Source: a virus. Taken from it: DNA of 64,000 bases. The DNA lies in IMG/VR virus record IMGVR_UViG_3300021425_002093, positions 32,001 to 96,000 of that record; one strand, given 5' to 3'. Below, piece by piece: positions 42,115-52,457 of the stretch. Within the stretch, counting starts at the first letter, position 1. Every line of letters begins with the position of its first letter. The position numbers and the translations under genes are program-made. The notes under the pieces are model-generated. The model saw only the letters and a list, made by a program, of their open reading frames with translations, did no database searches and was not told where the DNA came from.

Positions 42115-43820
42115 GCTACTAACCTACTAAAGTTCTTGACCTTCTCAAAGCGAAGGGTGTTTTCAAATTTTTCATAAAGTTGTTCACTCTTGTGGCTAAT
42201 TATAAACACATTAGAGTCTGCTGTCAACTCATTAATGATCTTTAGGAATTCATCTGTTCCAGAGCTATCCAGCGATGAATCCATGATCTCATCCATAACT
42301 AGTAGATTCGTACTTACTGAGTTTCTCAATTTAGACACCGCTCTCCAAGTAAACATCAAAGACAGATCAATTCTAAGTTTTTCACCCTCAGAAAAAGAAG
42401 CGTAAGAAAACTCGTCACGGAATCGACTCTTAATTGTTTCGTTAAAGCTTTCATCAAGTTCAAACTGAACAAAAAAGTCCATCGCAGCAAGGTACTTATT
42501 TATCAGTTTGTTCATGATTGGAACATACTGCTTGATAATCCTTGTCTTAATGCCACCATCCTTGAGCATTGTACTAACGATTGCCAAGACTTCTCTCTTG
42601 TCCATTAGCTCCTGTTGTTCTGCAATCTTTTCATTGAGTTCGTCCTGCATGGCTTCGATAGTCGTAGTGTCAATTTCTTCAGCCTCTTTTTCTGCTGACT
42701 CCAAATCATTTTTTATTCCTTTTAGCGAGTTCATTGCAAATTTTTGATTCGCAACATGTTCTCTCATTAACAAATGCTTTTTATTAATATCATCTTCAAT
42801 ATCTGATATCTCATCGATACGCTTGTTGAGTTCGTCTAACTTTTCTTGTAAAGAATCTAAGCCATTTTCGAGTTCAATACGCTTCTTATTTTGCACACCG
42901 ACATGACTTTCTTTAAAGTCTGAATCAATGTCTTGCTGACAAGTAGGACATTCATCATGATTCTCATAGAAAGAGATATCTTTCACCAACGTCCGTAACT
43001 TGTTTTTTAGATCTTGATCAATGTTTTGAGCATTCTTTAGCTTTTTCTTAATGCTATCCTTGTCAGATATTGATCCTAGAAGTGACTGTATCTCAACATC
43101 GATTGTATCGGCTAGTTCCCGCTGTTCCTCAACCTGCGACACTTGTTCTTTGATCTTTTCCTTTAGATCGTCAATTTTATTTTCATGCAACTTGCGAATA
43201 GACTCGTTGTGATCTTTTGCGGAGTCAATCTTGTTCTCTACAAGTGAAATCTGATACTTGTTTTCATCAATACCACTCTTGTTTGTAGAAACATGTTCTT
43301 TGAGTAACGTGTTCATCGTAGTGAAGATTTGAATATCAAGAAGATCCTCAATGACCTCACGTCGATCTTTTGCACTTAGTTGCATGAAAGGAATAAACGT
43401 AGAAGATCCAAGTACAACGACCTGTCCAAAAGACTTGTAACTGAGCTTCAGAATCGTATCTTCAAGATACGCTTGATAATCTCTGGCTGCAGCGTCTTGA
43501 TTAAGTAGCTTTCCATCACAGTAAATTTCAAAGATCGCTGGCTTGATACCACGACGAACAAGATATGTTTTACCCTTGTTAGTAAATTCAATCTCGGTCT
43601 CAAGTCCCTTTTTGTTGATGCTGTTCATCAACTGAGGCTTGTTGATCTTTCTAAAGGGTTTGCCATAAAGAGCAAAGCAGATGGCGTCTAGCATTGTAGA
43701 CTTACCCGCTCCGTTCTCACCCACAACAAGAGTAGATTTATTCTTGTTGAGTTGGACTTCCGTCCATACATTCCCTGTAGATAGAAAATTCTTCCATCTA
43801 ACGGTTTTGAATACTATCAT
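42111..43820 (-). CDS. gp46: recombination endonuclease ATPase subunit (Rad50-like)
   Basis: WKNFLSTGN, GENGAGKST, CPTC zinc hook, FSEGEK, MDE, ISH. Confidence 0.96.
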   Translation of the reverse strand: MIVFKTVRWKNFLSTGNVWTEVQLNKNKSTLVVGENGAGKSTMLDAICFALYGKPFRKINKPQLMNSINKKGLETEIEFTNKGKTYLVRRGIKPAIFEIYCDGKLLNQDAAARDYQAYLEDTILKLSYKSFGQVVVLGSSTFIPFMQLSAKDRREVIEDLLDIQIFTTMNTLLKEHVSTNKSGIDENKYQISLVENKIDSAKDHNESIRKLHENKIDDLKEKIKEQVSQVEEQRELADTIDVEIQSLLGSISDKDSIKKKLKNAQNIDQDLKNKLRTLVKDISFYENHDECPTCQQDIDSDFKESHVGVQNKKRIELENGLDSLQEKLDELNKRIDEISDIEDDINKKHLLMREHVANQKFAMNSLKGIKNDLESAEKEAEEIDTTTIEAMQDELNEKIAEQQELMDKREVLAIVSTMLKDGGIKTRIIKQYVPIMNKLINKYLAAMDFFVQFELDESFNETIKSRFRDEFSYASFSEGEKLRIDLSLMFTWRAVSKLRNSVSTNLLVMDEIMDSSLDSSGTDEFLKIINELTADSNVFIISHKSEQLYEKFENTLRFEKVKNFSRLVA

Positions 43821-44047
43821 CTAATAATCTCAATGTCAGCTTCAGTCTCAATAACAACACGAGCACCACACGAAAGAATAGGCTTGTCGCTTCCTCCGTA
43901 TCGCACTACCGATTCACCATGAATTTTGACTTCATGACAATATGTGTTACTTCGGCCTTCTTTGATTGTGATCACAGGCTCATCAGTTCCATGCTTTTTG
44001 TTTGCACGAATTTTATGCTGATTTACATGAATATACTTTTTACTCAT
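43817..44047 (-). CDS. conserved small hypothetical protein
   Basis: IHVNQHKIRAN, LSCGARVVIET. Confidence 0.7.
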   Translation of the reverse strand: MSKKYIHVNQHKIRANKKHGTDEPVITIKEGRSNTYCHEVKIHGESVVRYGGSDKPILSCGARVVIETEADIEIIR

Positions 44048-45114
44048 TCGATGCTTATCGCCTCATGATACAATTCACCCAAAAGCTTTTCGATTTTTTC
44101 TTTCTTGCCGTTCACATCAATATTGTCAATATAGTTCTTCAAGATAGTTAACGTATCTTGAGCCTCATCAACAAGTTCGTCTTCATCGATGCCGTCCAAG
44201 TTCTTGTGATCTTCAACTACTTTAATATCAGCAGGCCCTACTTCTTGAATCTTATCCAAATACATGTCGAAAAAGTATGGATTGCTCTTAGTCTGTACTA
44301 TAACTTTTATATACGTGTTTGTCAAGTCATTAAAGTCGAGAGCCGCAACATCTTCCATCGTCATGTCTGTATCGTCATAGAATAGCTTATGAAACATCTT
44401 GAGAGGATTCTTGACGTAGCTCATCTCACGGGTGTCTGTATCAAAAACACTAAACCCACGGACTTGATCGTAGTCTGACCAGGTCATCTCATATTGAGCA
44501 CCCAGATACGTAATGTTTCCATGAGAAGACGGATGATGAAAGTGACCAGAATAAACGGAGTCAAACTTTCTAAAGATATCTTTATTGAGGCCATGCTCGC
44601 ACAACATACCTCTCATCATTTCATAGCCAGCGATTTCAAAGTGTCCCATAACAACTTGAGCAGACGTGTCTTCAAGTGCTTTCATTGTAGACTCTTCATT
44701 ATCTGCACAAATCCACGGAGAGAGCAGAATTTTACATCCGTCTAAATCTACCTCCACAGGATCTTGCCAATATAGATGAATGTTATCATACGCTGTGTTT
44801 TGATATAGCTGTCGAATGCTATTGACTTCGTTCGTATTTTTATAGAACGTATCATGATTTCCAGCAATCATATACAGTTCGATATCGTTCTCCGCACAAG
44901 GACGAATGAAATGCTTTTCAAAATTTGCGGCTGTAACAAAGTTCACATACTTACGTCGATCAAAGACATCTCCCAAGTGAAAAATAGTCTTGATATTGTT
45001 TTCGATTAGATAAGGAAAGAACACCTCATCATAGAATCGATGAAAGTAATCGGCAAAGGCTTTAGAGTCATTACGAGCACCCCAATGTGTGTCATTTAGA
45101 ATGGCAATCTGCAT
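44044..45114 (-). CDS. gp47: recombination endonuclease nuclease subunit (Mre11-like)
   Basis: DTHWG, LGDVFDRRK, GNHD, GHFE, SGHFH. Confidence 0.96.
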   Translation of the reverse strand: MQIAILNDTHWGARNDSKAFADYFHRFYDEVFFPYLIENNIKTIFHLGDVFDRRKYVNFVTAANFEKHFIRPCAENDIELYMIAGNHDTFYKNTNEVNSIRQLYQNTAYDNIHLYWQDPVEVDLDGCKILLSPWICADNEESTMKALEDTSAQVVMGHFEIAGYEMMRGMLCEHGLNKDIFRKFDSVYSGHFHHPSSHGNITYLGAQYEMTWSDYDQVRGFSVFDTDTREMSYVKNPLKMFHKLFYDDTDMTMEDVAALDFNDLTNTYIKVIVQTKSNPYFFDMYLDKIQEVGPADIKVVEDHKNLDGIDEDELVDEAQDTLTILKNYIDNIDVNGKKEKIEKLLGELYHEAISIE

Positions 45115-45122
45115 AGAAACTC

Positions 45123-45668
45123 CTATCCTATGAATTCACTTAAGTCTACACTCTTCTTATTCTTGGCTTGTGCTTTTTTCTTTTCATCAATTTTCTTTTC
45201 GTATGTTTTTACGAAATCGTTCATGTAGTCGTTCGCAAACTCAGTATTCGTCATGTCAAATGTATCATCAGATCCATCTGAATCGACTACACTGTCGGTC
45301 ATGATTGAATGCTCAATGACTTTGTGTTTGATATAGAGTTGCTTCTTTTCCTTTTCAATTCGTCGAAGGAATGCGAACCAGATAATTTGCGTAAAGTATG
45401 CAAAGGGATTCTTCGATTTGTTTGGATCAAAGTTGTCGAGCGCTTGTACTGCGTTTTCAAGGCCGTCAGAGATCATCTCATCTTTATACGAGTAGCCAGC
45501 AAAATTAGGCTTGCTTGATAGTCTTCTTGAGATCTGTAAAATACAATCTCCGATATAATTAGGAATCTGAGGCTTGTTTTTTCCTTCGCTTTCTGCTTTT
45601 CTACAAACCTCTTTATACGAGATTATCGCTTCAAGGAACTCAGCGTTATTTACATAATTTTTAGACAT
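45123..45668 (-). CDS. gp55: late-transcription sigma factor
   Basis: YVNN..FL, YIG.CI, PNF.GYSYKDEMISDG.EN, NPFAYFTQI..FAFLRRI.KEK. Confidence 0.96.
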   Translation of the reverse strand: MSKNYVNNAEFLEAIISYKEVCRKAESEGKNKPQIPNYIGDCILQISRRLSSKPNFAGYSYKDEMISDGLENAVQALDNFDPNKSKNPFAYFTQIIWFAFLRRIEKEKKQLYIKHKVIEHSIMTDSVVDSDGSDDTFDMTNTEFANDYMNDFVKTYEKKIDEKKKAQAKNKKSVDLSEFIG

Positions 45669-45692
45669 GTTATACCTCTGACATTTTTACAC

Positions 45693-45721
45693 AGTATACG
45701 GGAAAAATAGTGTTGAGTCAA
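45693..45721 (-). promoter_or_regulatory. sigma70 promoter for gp55
   Basis: TTGACT-17 nt-TATACT. Confidence 0.7.
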
Positions 45722-45744
45722 TAGCAAAAAGTTTTAATTTTCTA

Positions 45745-45773
45745 TTGACAGATGCTTATATGTTCAGTATAAT
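45745..45773 (+). promoter_or_regulatory. perfect-consensus sigma70 promoter on the + strand (antisense to uvsW operon)
   Basis: TTGACA-GATGCTTATATGTTCAG(17)-TATAAT. Confidence 0.7.
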
Positions 45774-45795
45774 CCTGTTAACGCAGGAAAAAATA

Positions 45796-46173
45796 TTAAT
45801 GTTTTATAGAGTTCTTTGACTCTACCAAGGTGTCGAAGAGTTCACGAATATCATCCATATCCATATCATCGAGACGCTCATGCTTTTTTGCAGACTCATG
45901 GTCTTCTCTCATTAGAACAATTCTATCGTAGAATTCAATTGCATCTTCATTGGCTTCGTTGATATACATCATATCATTGACGGACAACCAAACTTCGTTT
46001 GTCTCTGAGAAATAAAGCCACTCTCGTGCAGAGATACCGTTCCCTGTAGGAATTACTTGAACAGGCTTGCTGAGCAAAAGACATGCTGGTCCTTCTTCGT
46101 CTGCAATCTTTTGATTGATAATGTCTGCAACGAGTTCTTCTCCAGACCGAAGCTTGATGTGCATTAAATTCAT
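45796..46173 (-). CDS. Sm-like fold protein downstream of uvsW
   Basis: IKLRSGEELVA, L..P, W..FS, ends KH. Confidence 0.65.
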   Translation of the reverse strand: MNLMHIKLRSGEELVADIINQKIADEEGPACLLLSKPVQVIPTGNGISAREWLYFSETNEVWLSVNDMMYINEANEDAIEFYDRIVLMREDHESAKKHERLDDMDMDDIRELFDTLVESKNSIKH

Positions 46174-46175
46174 GA

Positions 46176-47636
46176 CTACTCCTTTATATCAATATCGTAA
46201 ATCTTGTATTGAAAACTTTCATCGTTGTAAATTTTGACTCTTTCAGCAAAGTGTCTAAATGCAAAGTTCACATGACTTTTATATCTAAGATCATCGACAA
46301 TATCATAAAGAGTTGCTTTTGTTTTGCCGTTTCCTTTTCTCAGACCTCTTCCAATAGATTGTAGATTTCTGATTTTTGACTTGGACGGTGATGCAAATAT
46401 AACATTATCTAGCTTCTTAATATTTATACCGGTAGAAAATGTACCATACGAAGCCAAGATAATGTTGTTATCTGTTTCTTCTGTTATCCTTCGTACTTCT
46501 TCCCGTTCTTCTGTATTCACTCCGCCATGAACAAAGTGAACGCTATGCTCTTCGCTATCGAGCATCTTGTGTAAAATCTTTCCATGCTTTTCAACAAACT
46601 GAAAAAGAATCAGCGTGTTGCCCTTTATAGAGTGTGCTAGATTTCGAATGTATTTATTTCTTGCGTCATTTGTTACGATCCAATCTATTTCATCTTGATA
46701 TGATCTACCTTTATTAAGATCACACGTTTCAAGAGGATACTTTAAAACAAGTCCAACAATTTTTAGATTCGCTAGCGTGTTGTCATCCATTAGCTTCTTA
46801 GTAGTAGTGACTTCGTATACGGGGCCAAACACTCCTTCTAGCACAAGTTTGTGCGTTTGAGTTCCGTCGAGAGTTCCAGTAAACCCATAGCGGTATTTAC
46901 AGTTGGGCATCTTCTCAAGAATCTTGGTCAAAGACTTGGCCTTAAACAAATGCGCTTCGTCACCAATCACCATGTCAAACTTATCAAACCAAGACTTGTC
47001 TAGTTTGTAAATTGACTGCCAAGTTGATATTACGACTTTTGCGTCTACGTTTTTGTCAGCACCACCACGAATTTTGTGGATGTCTAGCTTTTCTCCATTG
47101 TTATACTCAATAAAGTCTGATGCCATTTGATCGACTAACGATGTTGTGGGAACAATAATCAGAGTTCTAAGATCATCAGCCATACGAATGCGTGTCAGCA
47201 AGTAGATAATGAAAGACTTACCGGACGCTGTAGGAGAGAGTAAAAGCGCTCTATTTTTCTTGAGCGCATGTACAACAGCATCATTCTGATAGTCTCTAGG
47301 AATAAACGTTGATTTGAAGTATTCCGCAATATTGTATGCTTCTTCTGGATCTACGTTCACCTCGGGATAAAGTGCTTCGTCAATGATACAATCGTAAGAT
47401 CTGTTCATGCAAAACTTTGCTATGTATGCAACAAGACCACCATAGATGATTCCCGTCATTGTATTCAAGAGTCTAATCTTTCCGTCCCAAACCCTAGACT
47501 TATATGCGGGCATAAATTTGTAGCCGGGAACAAAAAAGGTAAAGTACTCAGACATCTCCATCTTGACGCCTGGTTCAGCGACTACACGGACATATACGTC
47601 ATCTACTTTTTCGACTCTGACAGTTTCTTTTATCAA
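46176..47636 (-). CDS. uvsW: SF2 DNA/RNA helicase
   Basis: WDGKIRL, PRDYQ, SPTASGKS, GDEAH, GTFSTGINI, LQSIGRGLR. Confidence 0.96.
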   Translation of the reverse strand: MIKETVRVEKVDDVYVRVVAEPGVKMEMSEYFTFFVPGYKFMPAYKSRVWDGKIRLLNTMTGIIYGGLVAYIAKFCMNRSYDCIIDEALYPEVNVDPEEAYNIAEYFKSTFIPRDYQNDAVVHALKKNRALLLSPTASGKSFIIYLLTRIRMADDLRTLIIVPTTSLVDQMASDFIEYNNGEKLDIHKIRGGADKNVDAKVVISTWQSIYKLDKSWFDKFDMVIGDEAHLFKAKSLTKILEKMPNCKYRYGFTGTLDGTQTHKLVLEGVFGPVYEVTTTKKLMDDNTLANLKIVGLVLKYPLETCDLNKGRSYQDEIDWIVTNDARNKYIRNLAHSIKGNTLILFQFVEKHGKILHKMLDSEEHSVHFVHGGVNTEEREEVRRITEETDNNIILASYGTFSTGINIKKLDNVIFASPSKSKIRNLQSIGRGLRKGNGKTKATLYDIVDDLRYKSHVNFAFRHFAERVKIYNDESFQYKIYDIDIKE

Positions 47637-48070
47637 TTCATTCCACTCTTAAATCTTTCGTAATCAAGAATCGTCTTTAGCTGATAGCCACGATTATTGA
47701 TCATTTTTATTATGGACTCTAGATATTCAATCTTCTGATCTTGTCTTCCAATCTTCAAAGAATGCTCGATTATTTCGGAATCTGAATCCAGATATGTCGG
47801 AATATCTTGACGAAGAATTTTCAATGGCTGAGGGTCCCAACCGTACTCGTTTAATTCTTCGGAACTCAGTTCACCCTTGTAGTACTCTGTTTTGAGTTTG
47901 AGCAACTGCTTATGATCGGCTTTAAGCTTCTTGAGAATGTATCCTTCTCCCATATAAATCTTGAAGTACTTATTATGTAGCTTGGGAATTGATGCGCTTT
48001 CATATGCAATGTTAGTCATATCAATTTCGCAGTCGCCTTCCCATTCACGAACAATATCTTCAATCTTCAT
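47633..48070 (-). CDS. uvsY: recombination mediator
   Basis: IPKLHNKY, YYKG, YLDSD, I..R.YQ.K. Confidence 0.9.
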   Translation of the reverse strand: MKIEDIVREWEGDCEIDMTNIAYESASIPKLHNKYFKIYMGEGYILKKLKADHKQLLKLKTEYYKGELSSEELNEYGWDPQPLKILRQDIPTYLDSDSEIIEHSLKIGRQDQKIEYLESIIKMINNRGYQLKTILDYERFKSGMN

Positions 48071-48123
48071 TCACTTCTCCATACCTAATAACTTAAATAG
48101 TATCAATTATAACACAAAAAAGT

Positions 48124-48609
48124 TTACACTACAATATTATATGAATCATACCTAAACGAAACGTCAAATGTGGGCGGAGTTACATCTGCGTTTCTCGTAT
48201 CCATCTGTATACCGCTTATTGATACCGGAAACACGTTAATAAAGTTGATTGTGATGTTAGCATTCTTTGTGCTATCAAGTATTACTAGAGACATGTCGGA
48301 AAGGGTCGACTGCGGAGACTGCTGTAGATCATCGTACTGCTTATACTCTTTGGGGAATGTCAGCGATATAAGCCAATCTGAAACTTCTCGGAATGCTTTG
48401 AGATCTTCATCTGCTATCACACTCACAACGAGATCATCGTATTCAAGCTTTACACTTGGAAAGGGGAGCGTCTTAAACGGAGTTCCTGTGGCCGCAGGAC
48501 TCGTGTTGAAGCCAGGTAGATTTACTGACTGCACATAAAAACGAGTCTCGGGTAATCTATCAATTACAAGTCTAAACTCAATTGGTGATAGAAAATTAGA
48601 AGTAGCCAT
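48124..48609 (-). CDS. gp3: tail tube terminator / tail completion protein
   Basis: NFLSP..F, QSVNLPG, YDDL....IADED, FPVSIS, F.Y; typical position after gp23. Confidence 0.8.
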   Translation of the reverse strand: MATSNFLSPIEFRLVIDRLPETRFYVQSVNLPGFNTSPAATGTPFKTLPFPSVKLEYDDLVVSVIADEDLKAFREVSDWLISLTFPKEYKQYDDLQQSPQSTLSDMSLVILDSTKNANITINFINVFPVSISGIQMDTRNADVTPPTFDVSFRYDSYNIVV

Positions 48610-48641
48610 ATTTCTAAAGTCTCAAGTGTTGTTGTATCTAC

Positions 48642-48649
48642 TATTTATA
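48642..48649 (-). promoter_or_regulatory. T4-type late promoter
   Basis: TATAAATA upstream of gp3. Confidence 0.75.
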
Positions 48650-48652
48650 AGC

Positions 48653-48678
48653 AAAAAAAAGGGAGGCCGGAGCCTCCC
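48653..48678 (-). terminator. rho-independent terminator after gp23
   Basis: GGGAGGC-TCCG-GCCTCCC followed by T8. Confidence 0.9.
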
Positions 48679-48708
48679 TCAAAGTGTCCGTTAAGACGGA
48701 TCTTTTTA

Positions 48709-50019
48709 TTATAGCAAGTTGGTGACCAAGCTACGACGATAGTAAACGTTGCTATTATTACTAATAACACCATACGCTTGGTTGGTACCTTCAGCGAAGG
48801 GATTAGCAACCATACCGTAGCGAGTCTTGAAGCCCAGCTTAGATTGGAAGCTGTTCTCACCGACTGCACGAACCATCTGCAGAGGAACATATGGGCAGTA
48901 GAAGATACCAGCGTCAAATGCGCTTGCACCCTTGTAGCCTACTACCATGTAGTTAGAACCTGCATACGGATCGACGTATACACGGAAACGTCCGTTCAGT
49001 ACACCAGCGAATGTATTGCCAGTGTCATCGGGGTTCAGGTTGTTAGCGTTAAGAGCAGGAGTGTAATCCAGAACGCCAGCCATCTGAAGAGCAGAAGCAA
49101 CGTCTGAAGAACAAACGATGATGTTGCCCTTACCACGACGAGTCGCCTTGGCAATTGCGTTTGCTTCTTTCTCGATTTGGAACATCAAGCCCTTGAACTT
49201 CTCTACTGACCAACGACCGTTAGCATCAACGTCCAAGTTGAAAGTACCAGCGGATGCAGTGTCTGCGGAACCAGTTACAGCAGAAGAGTAGATTGTGCGT
49301 ACAACTTCACGGTTGATTTCAGCAAGCAACTCAGCAGAGAGCATGTTAGCAAGCTCTTGCTCAGCGTCAAGACCGTGGATTGCTTTCAGATCTTGAGCGA
49401 GTTCAGAAGTGTACTCAGCTTTCAACGCACGTGACTTAGCAGTTACTGAAACCTTCTCGATTGCAAAAGACATTTCAGCAAAGTTAGTACCAGCACCATC
49501 ACCCAGAGCTTCAGCTTGAGCAGTAGTCATACCAGTTCCAGTGTTAGCGATGTCATCAGATCCAGCAGTACCTGTAGCATTACCCTGTACACCGTCTGCA
49601 GCACCGTTTCCAGAGAAATCAGTATCAGCTTCGTTGTACATTGCTTCTACGTTACGATCATTGCCAGCGGCGTCTGTCTCGTACTCTGAACGCATAGCGA
49701 AGATCAGTCCAGTAGGACCAGTCATAGGCTGAACGCCAGCGATGTCATATGCGATGAGGTTAGGCATTGCACGACGAACGAGAGAGATCAATACGGGATC
49801 GTAAGTACCACGGTTGGCACCAGAACCGAATACGTTTCCGTCAGAAGTAGCAGGTGCTTCCATGAGAGACATAGTAGCGCCGCCTTCTTCACGAATGGCG
49901 TTTTCTGTGTTTTCCAAAAGAGTAGCAGTTACTGCCTGCTTGTGGGAGTTGCCAATTGCAGGAAGAGCTTCATGCTCCAGAACTGGCTTCCACTTTTGAA
50001 GTAATTCTTCATTTCTCAT
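48709..50019 (-). CDS. gp23: major capsid protein
   Basis: KW.P.L, LISLVRR, GVQPMTGPTGLIFAMR, SRALKAEY, ELAQDLKAIHGLDAE, YCPYVPL, KTRYG. Confidence 0.98.
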   Translation of the reverse strand: MRNEELLQKWKPVLEHEALPAIGNSHKQAVTATLLENTENAIREEGGATMSLMEAPATSDGNVFGSGANRGTYDPVLISLVRRAMPNLIAYDIAGVQPMTGPTGLIFAMRSEYETDAAGNDRNVEAMYNEADTDFSGNGAADGVQGNATGTAGSDDIANTGTGMTTAQAEALGDGAGTNFAEMSFAIEKVSVTAKSRALKAEYTSELAQDLKAIHGLDAEQELANMLSAELLAEINREVVRTIYSSAVTGSADTASAGTFNLDVDANGRWSVEKFKGLMFQIEKEANAIAKATRRGKGNIIVCSSDVASALQMAGVLDYTPALNANNLNPDDTGNTFAGVLNGRFRVYVDPYAGSNYMVVGYKGASAFDAGIFYCPYVPLQMVRAVGENSFQSKLGFKTRYGMVANPFAEGTNQAYGVISNNSNVYYRRSLVTNLL

Positions 50020-50052
50020 AGTTGTTCTCCTTATTGAGATTTTGTCTATTAC

Positions 50053-50060
50053 TATTTATA
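50053..50060 (-). promoter_or_regulatory. T4-type late promoter
   Basis: TATAAATA upstream of gp23. Confidence 0.8.
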
Positions 50061-50064
50061 AAAA

Positions 50065-51021
50065 TCAGTTCTTAGCTGCAAAGCGGCTGAGAGACTCTAC
50101 GTAAGCCGAAACCGAAGGATCAGTGTAGGCCTTTTCTTCTGTCTCTTCTTGCAGAAGATCATCGGATTCTTCCTCAGAAACAGGTTGAGCTACAGACTCA
50201 GAAACAAACTGATCACGAATAACTTCGATCTTCTGAGTAAATTCTTCTACTGATTCGTAAGAGACTCCTTCTGAAAGAACACGGAGCCTTTCAGCTTGTG
50301 TATCAGTCAGTCCTTCAACAACCTGCTTAAACGCAATGTCACGCTCAAGAGATTCTTTTTCATTTCGAGCTTCAAGTAACTGCTCGAAAATTTCATTGTA
50401 TTCTTCGGTCTGCTCTTTGAGCTTGGCTTCTATTTCCGCAACACGATCAATTTCTTCTTGATCAATATTGAGGTTATGCTCAGAGGCCAAAGCCTTAAGA
50501 CCATCCATCAATGATTCCGCAACTTCAAGCTTGATACCGCTTTCAACCTGAAGTTCGTTTTCGCTCATCCAAGACTCAACTACATAATCGAGATATGCAT
50601 CAACTTTCTCGACTACATCGTTAACTGCTTGATGGACTTGCTCTTCAAGATCTTGCTCAAACTTAGCTTCAAGTTCTTCTTGAACAGCAACAACTTTTTC
50701 TTGTACTGCAGCTTCAAAGATAGCAACAGTGCGTTGCTTGAAATCTTCTGAAAGATCTGAACCTTCGAAAATACCTTCGATAGACTCTTTCATGCTCTTC
50801 TTGTCTGCATGACGTGGAGCGGCTTTTACGCCTTCCTTGCCTTGGGGAGTTTTTACATCGTCTTCGATCTCGTCTGCCTTCATGTCGCCTTGGTGCTTGT
50901 CAGCTTTACGCTTAACACCAGTGCCACCAGCAGGAGCTACGGGATCAGCAGATTCAGAATCCTCACCATCAGCTTTGATCTCGTTGATAAGATCAGCGTC
51001 TTCAATGTATTGTTCACTCAT
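50065..51021 (-). CDS. gp22: prohead scaffold protein
   Basis: LSEDFK...IFEAAV, VDAYLDYVVE.W, acidic coiled coil; late promoter at 51058-51065. Confidence 0.93.
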   Translation of the reverse strand: MSEQYIEDADLINEIKADGEDSESADPVAPAGGTGVKRKADKHQGDMKADEIEDDVKTPQGKEGVKAAPRHADKKSMKESIEGIFEGSDLSEDFKQRTVAIFEAAVQEKVVAVQEELEAKFEQDLEEQVHQAVNDVVEKVDAYLDYVVESWMSENELQVESGIKLEVAESLMDGLKALASEHNLNIDQEEIDRVAEIEAKLKEQTEEYNEIFEQLLEARNEKESLERDIAFKQVVEGLTDTQAERLRVLSEGVSYESVEEFTQKIEVIRDQFVSESVAQPVSEEESDDLLQEETEEKAYTDPSVSAYVESLSRFAAKN

Positions 51022-51069
51022 ATGAATTCTCCTTACTATTAGTTATAGTTTATCTATTATTTATAAAAA

Positions 51070-51750
51070 CTATATCTTTGTTAAAGATGATAGAAATCTT
51101 TCGAACATGACGCCGGCCTTAGCTTCTAAATCTTTGCTAGACACTTTCGCAGTTTCTTTAATTTCTTGTTCAATTTGATCAAAAGCATTAGCTCTCTCCC
51201 ATGTAGAGGAAGCTATGTCATATACCCAATCAACTCCTTCCATTACACCTTTGACAAATGCATCTGGCGCAGATGGATCAGCAACGATATCACCTGCTGT
51301 AGCAAGCATGAAATCCTTTTGGACTTCCATGATGCCACTTTTATTTTGCTTAAGCGAGCCCATTCCACGAGAAGAAATTCCGATTACAGCGCCTTCGTCG
51401 ATGAGACTTTTAACAATCTCGCCCATCGGAGTTCCCATGACTTTTGCTCGACCAACTACATTGTCACCTTCTGTTCGCAACTCGGTGAACATGTGAGACA
51501 CACGATCCAAATTGATTGTGGGACCAGCGGGATGTCCTAACTCACCGTATGCACGATTCTTTTCTACGTAATTTTTGATATAACGATTCGTTTCGTTAAA
51601 CAAAACTTCAGAAGGATAAATGCGCCCGTTTCTATTCTTGATGTTACCTTGCATGATAACACCTTCGACGAAATACGTCTTACCACCAGACTCGTTTTCT
51701 TCCGTGATATATTGAACTTCTTCAACAATTTCTTTTATGAGTAGTGACAT
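51070..51750 (-). CDS. gp21: prohead protease
   Basis: KNRNGRIY, GELGHP, VSH, GISSRGMGS, DIVADPSAPDA. Confidence 0.96.
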   Translation of the reverse strand: MSLLIKEIVEEVQYITEENESGGKTYFVEGVIMQGNIKNRNGRIYPSEVLFNETNRYIKNYVEKNRAYGELGHPAGPTINLDRVSHMFTELRTEGDNVVGRAKVMGTPMGEIVKSLIDEGAVIGISSRGMGSLKQNKSGIMEVQKDFMLATAGDIVADPSAPDAFVKGVMEGVDWVYDIASSTWERANAFDQIEQEIKETAKVSSKDLEAKAGVMFERFLSSLTKI

Positions 51751-51762
51751 TTATTATTATCC

Positions 51763-52029
51763 TTATGCTCTATATGCAATCGCACTGGCCCAAACAACTG
51801 TAGTGGCGGCTGGAGCATCCAAAGTTTGAGCAGGCTCTTTTTCGATAAAAACAGTTCCATTTGGACTAACGTATATGCCGTTTCCAGTTTCCACTATAAT
51901 AACCAGCGCTGGTGCTGGATCCATGTTTGTTACTGAAACCAAAGTAGCCAAGCTGATATCACTGGCCGCTCCAGAGACTCCGCTTGCGATATCTTCTGCT
52001 GGACTTAATGGCTTGACTACGCTAGGCAT
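51763..52029 (-). CDS. small head-region protein
   Basis: 88-aa ORF between core genes and gp21; IEKEP motif. Confidence 0.6.
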   Translation of the reverse strand: MPSVVKPLSPAEDIASGVSGAASDISLATLVSVTNMDPAPALVIIVETGNGIYVSPNGTVFIEKEPAQTLDAPAATTVVWASAIAYRA

Positions 52030-52454
52030 TAAGCAGCCTCCCTAGCAAATTTTACAATCTCCTCAAATCCTTTCTTATTCTTCATCATCTTTTCGTGCAT
52101 CTTTTTCTTGCTAGATCCACTCATAGATCCCATTACAGATTTGATTGCCGAGGCATCTTCTTTGCCAATCATTACGGAAGAGCCATCTTGCAAGGTCATC
52201 TTACCGGGTTTGACTGACTCCTCTAAAGAAATAAAATTAGAGAATCCAAGCAAACGCTCTTCGTAAACTGCAGCGTCATTACCCTCTTCTCTGTCTGCCC
52301 GGCGCTTAGCCTTTTTAGACTTAGAAGTGAATTGACTTTCTTCAGCTTCTGGATGATCTTTTTTATCTACAATATGCTTGTCGATAAAACGCTGTTCGTC
52401 TTCTGAACGAGGCTTATCAACAGCTTCCTGTATGATGTCTTGCAAGGTTCTCAT
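52029..52454 (-). CDS. prohead core protein candidate (gp68 position)
   Basis: Position; MRTLQDIIQE start; charged. Confidence 0.55.
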   Translation of the reverse strand: MRTLQDIIQEAVDKPRSEDEQRFIDKHIVDKKDHPEAEESQFTSKSKKAKRRADREEGNDAAVYEERLLGFSNFISLEESVKPGKMTLQDGSSVMIGKEDASAIKSVMGSMSGSSKKKMHEKMMKNKKGFEEIVKFAREAA

Positions 52455-52457
52455 ACC

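Noticed and set aside
48645-48929. 94-aa - strand ORF overlapping the gp23 3' end
   Set aside because: Out-of-frame overlap running through the terminator, with no SD or slippery site recognised.
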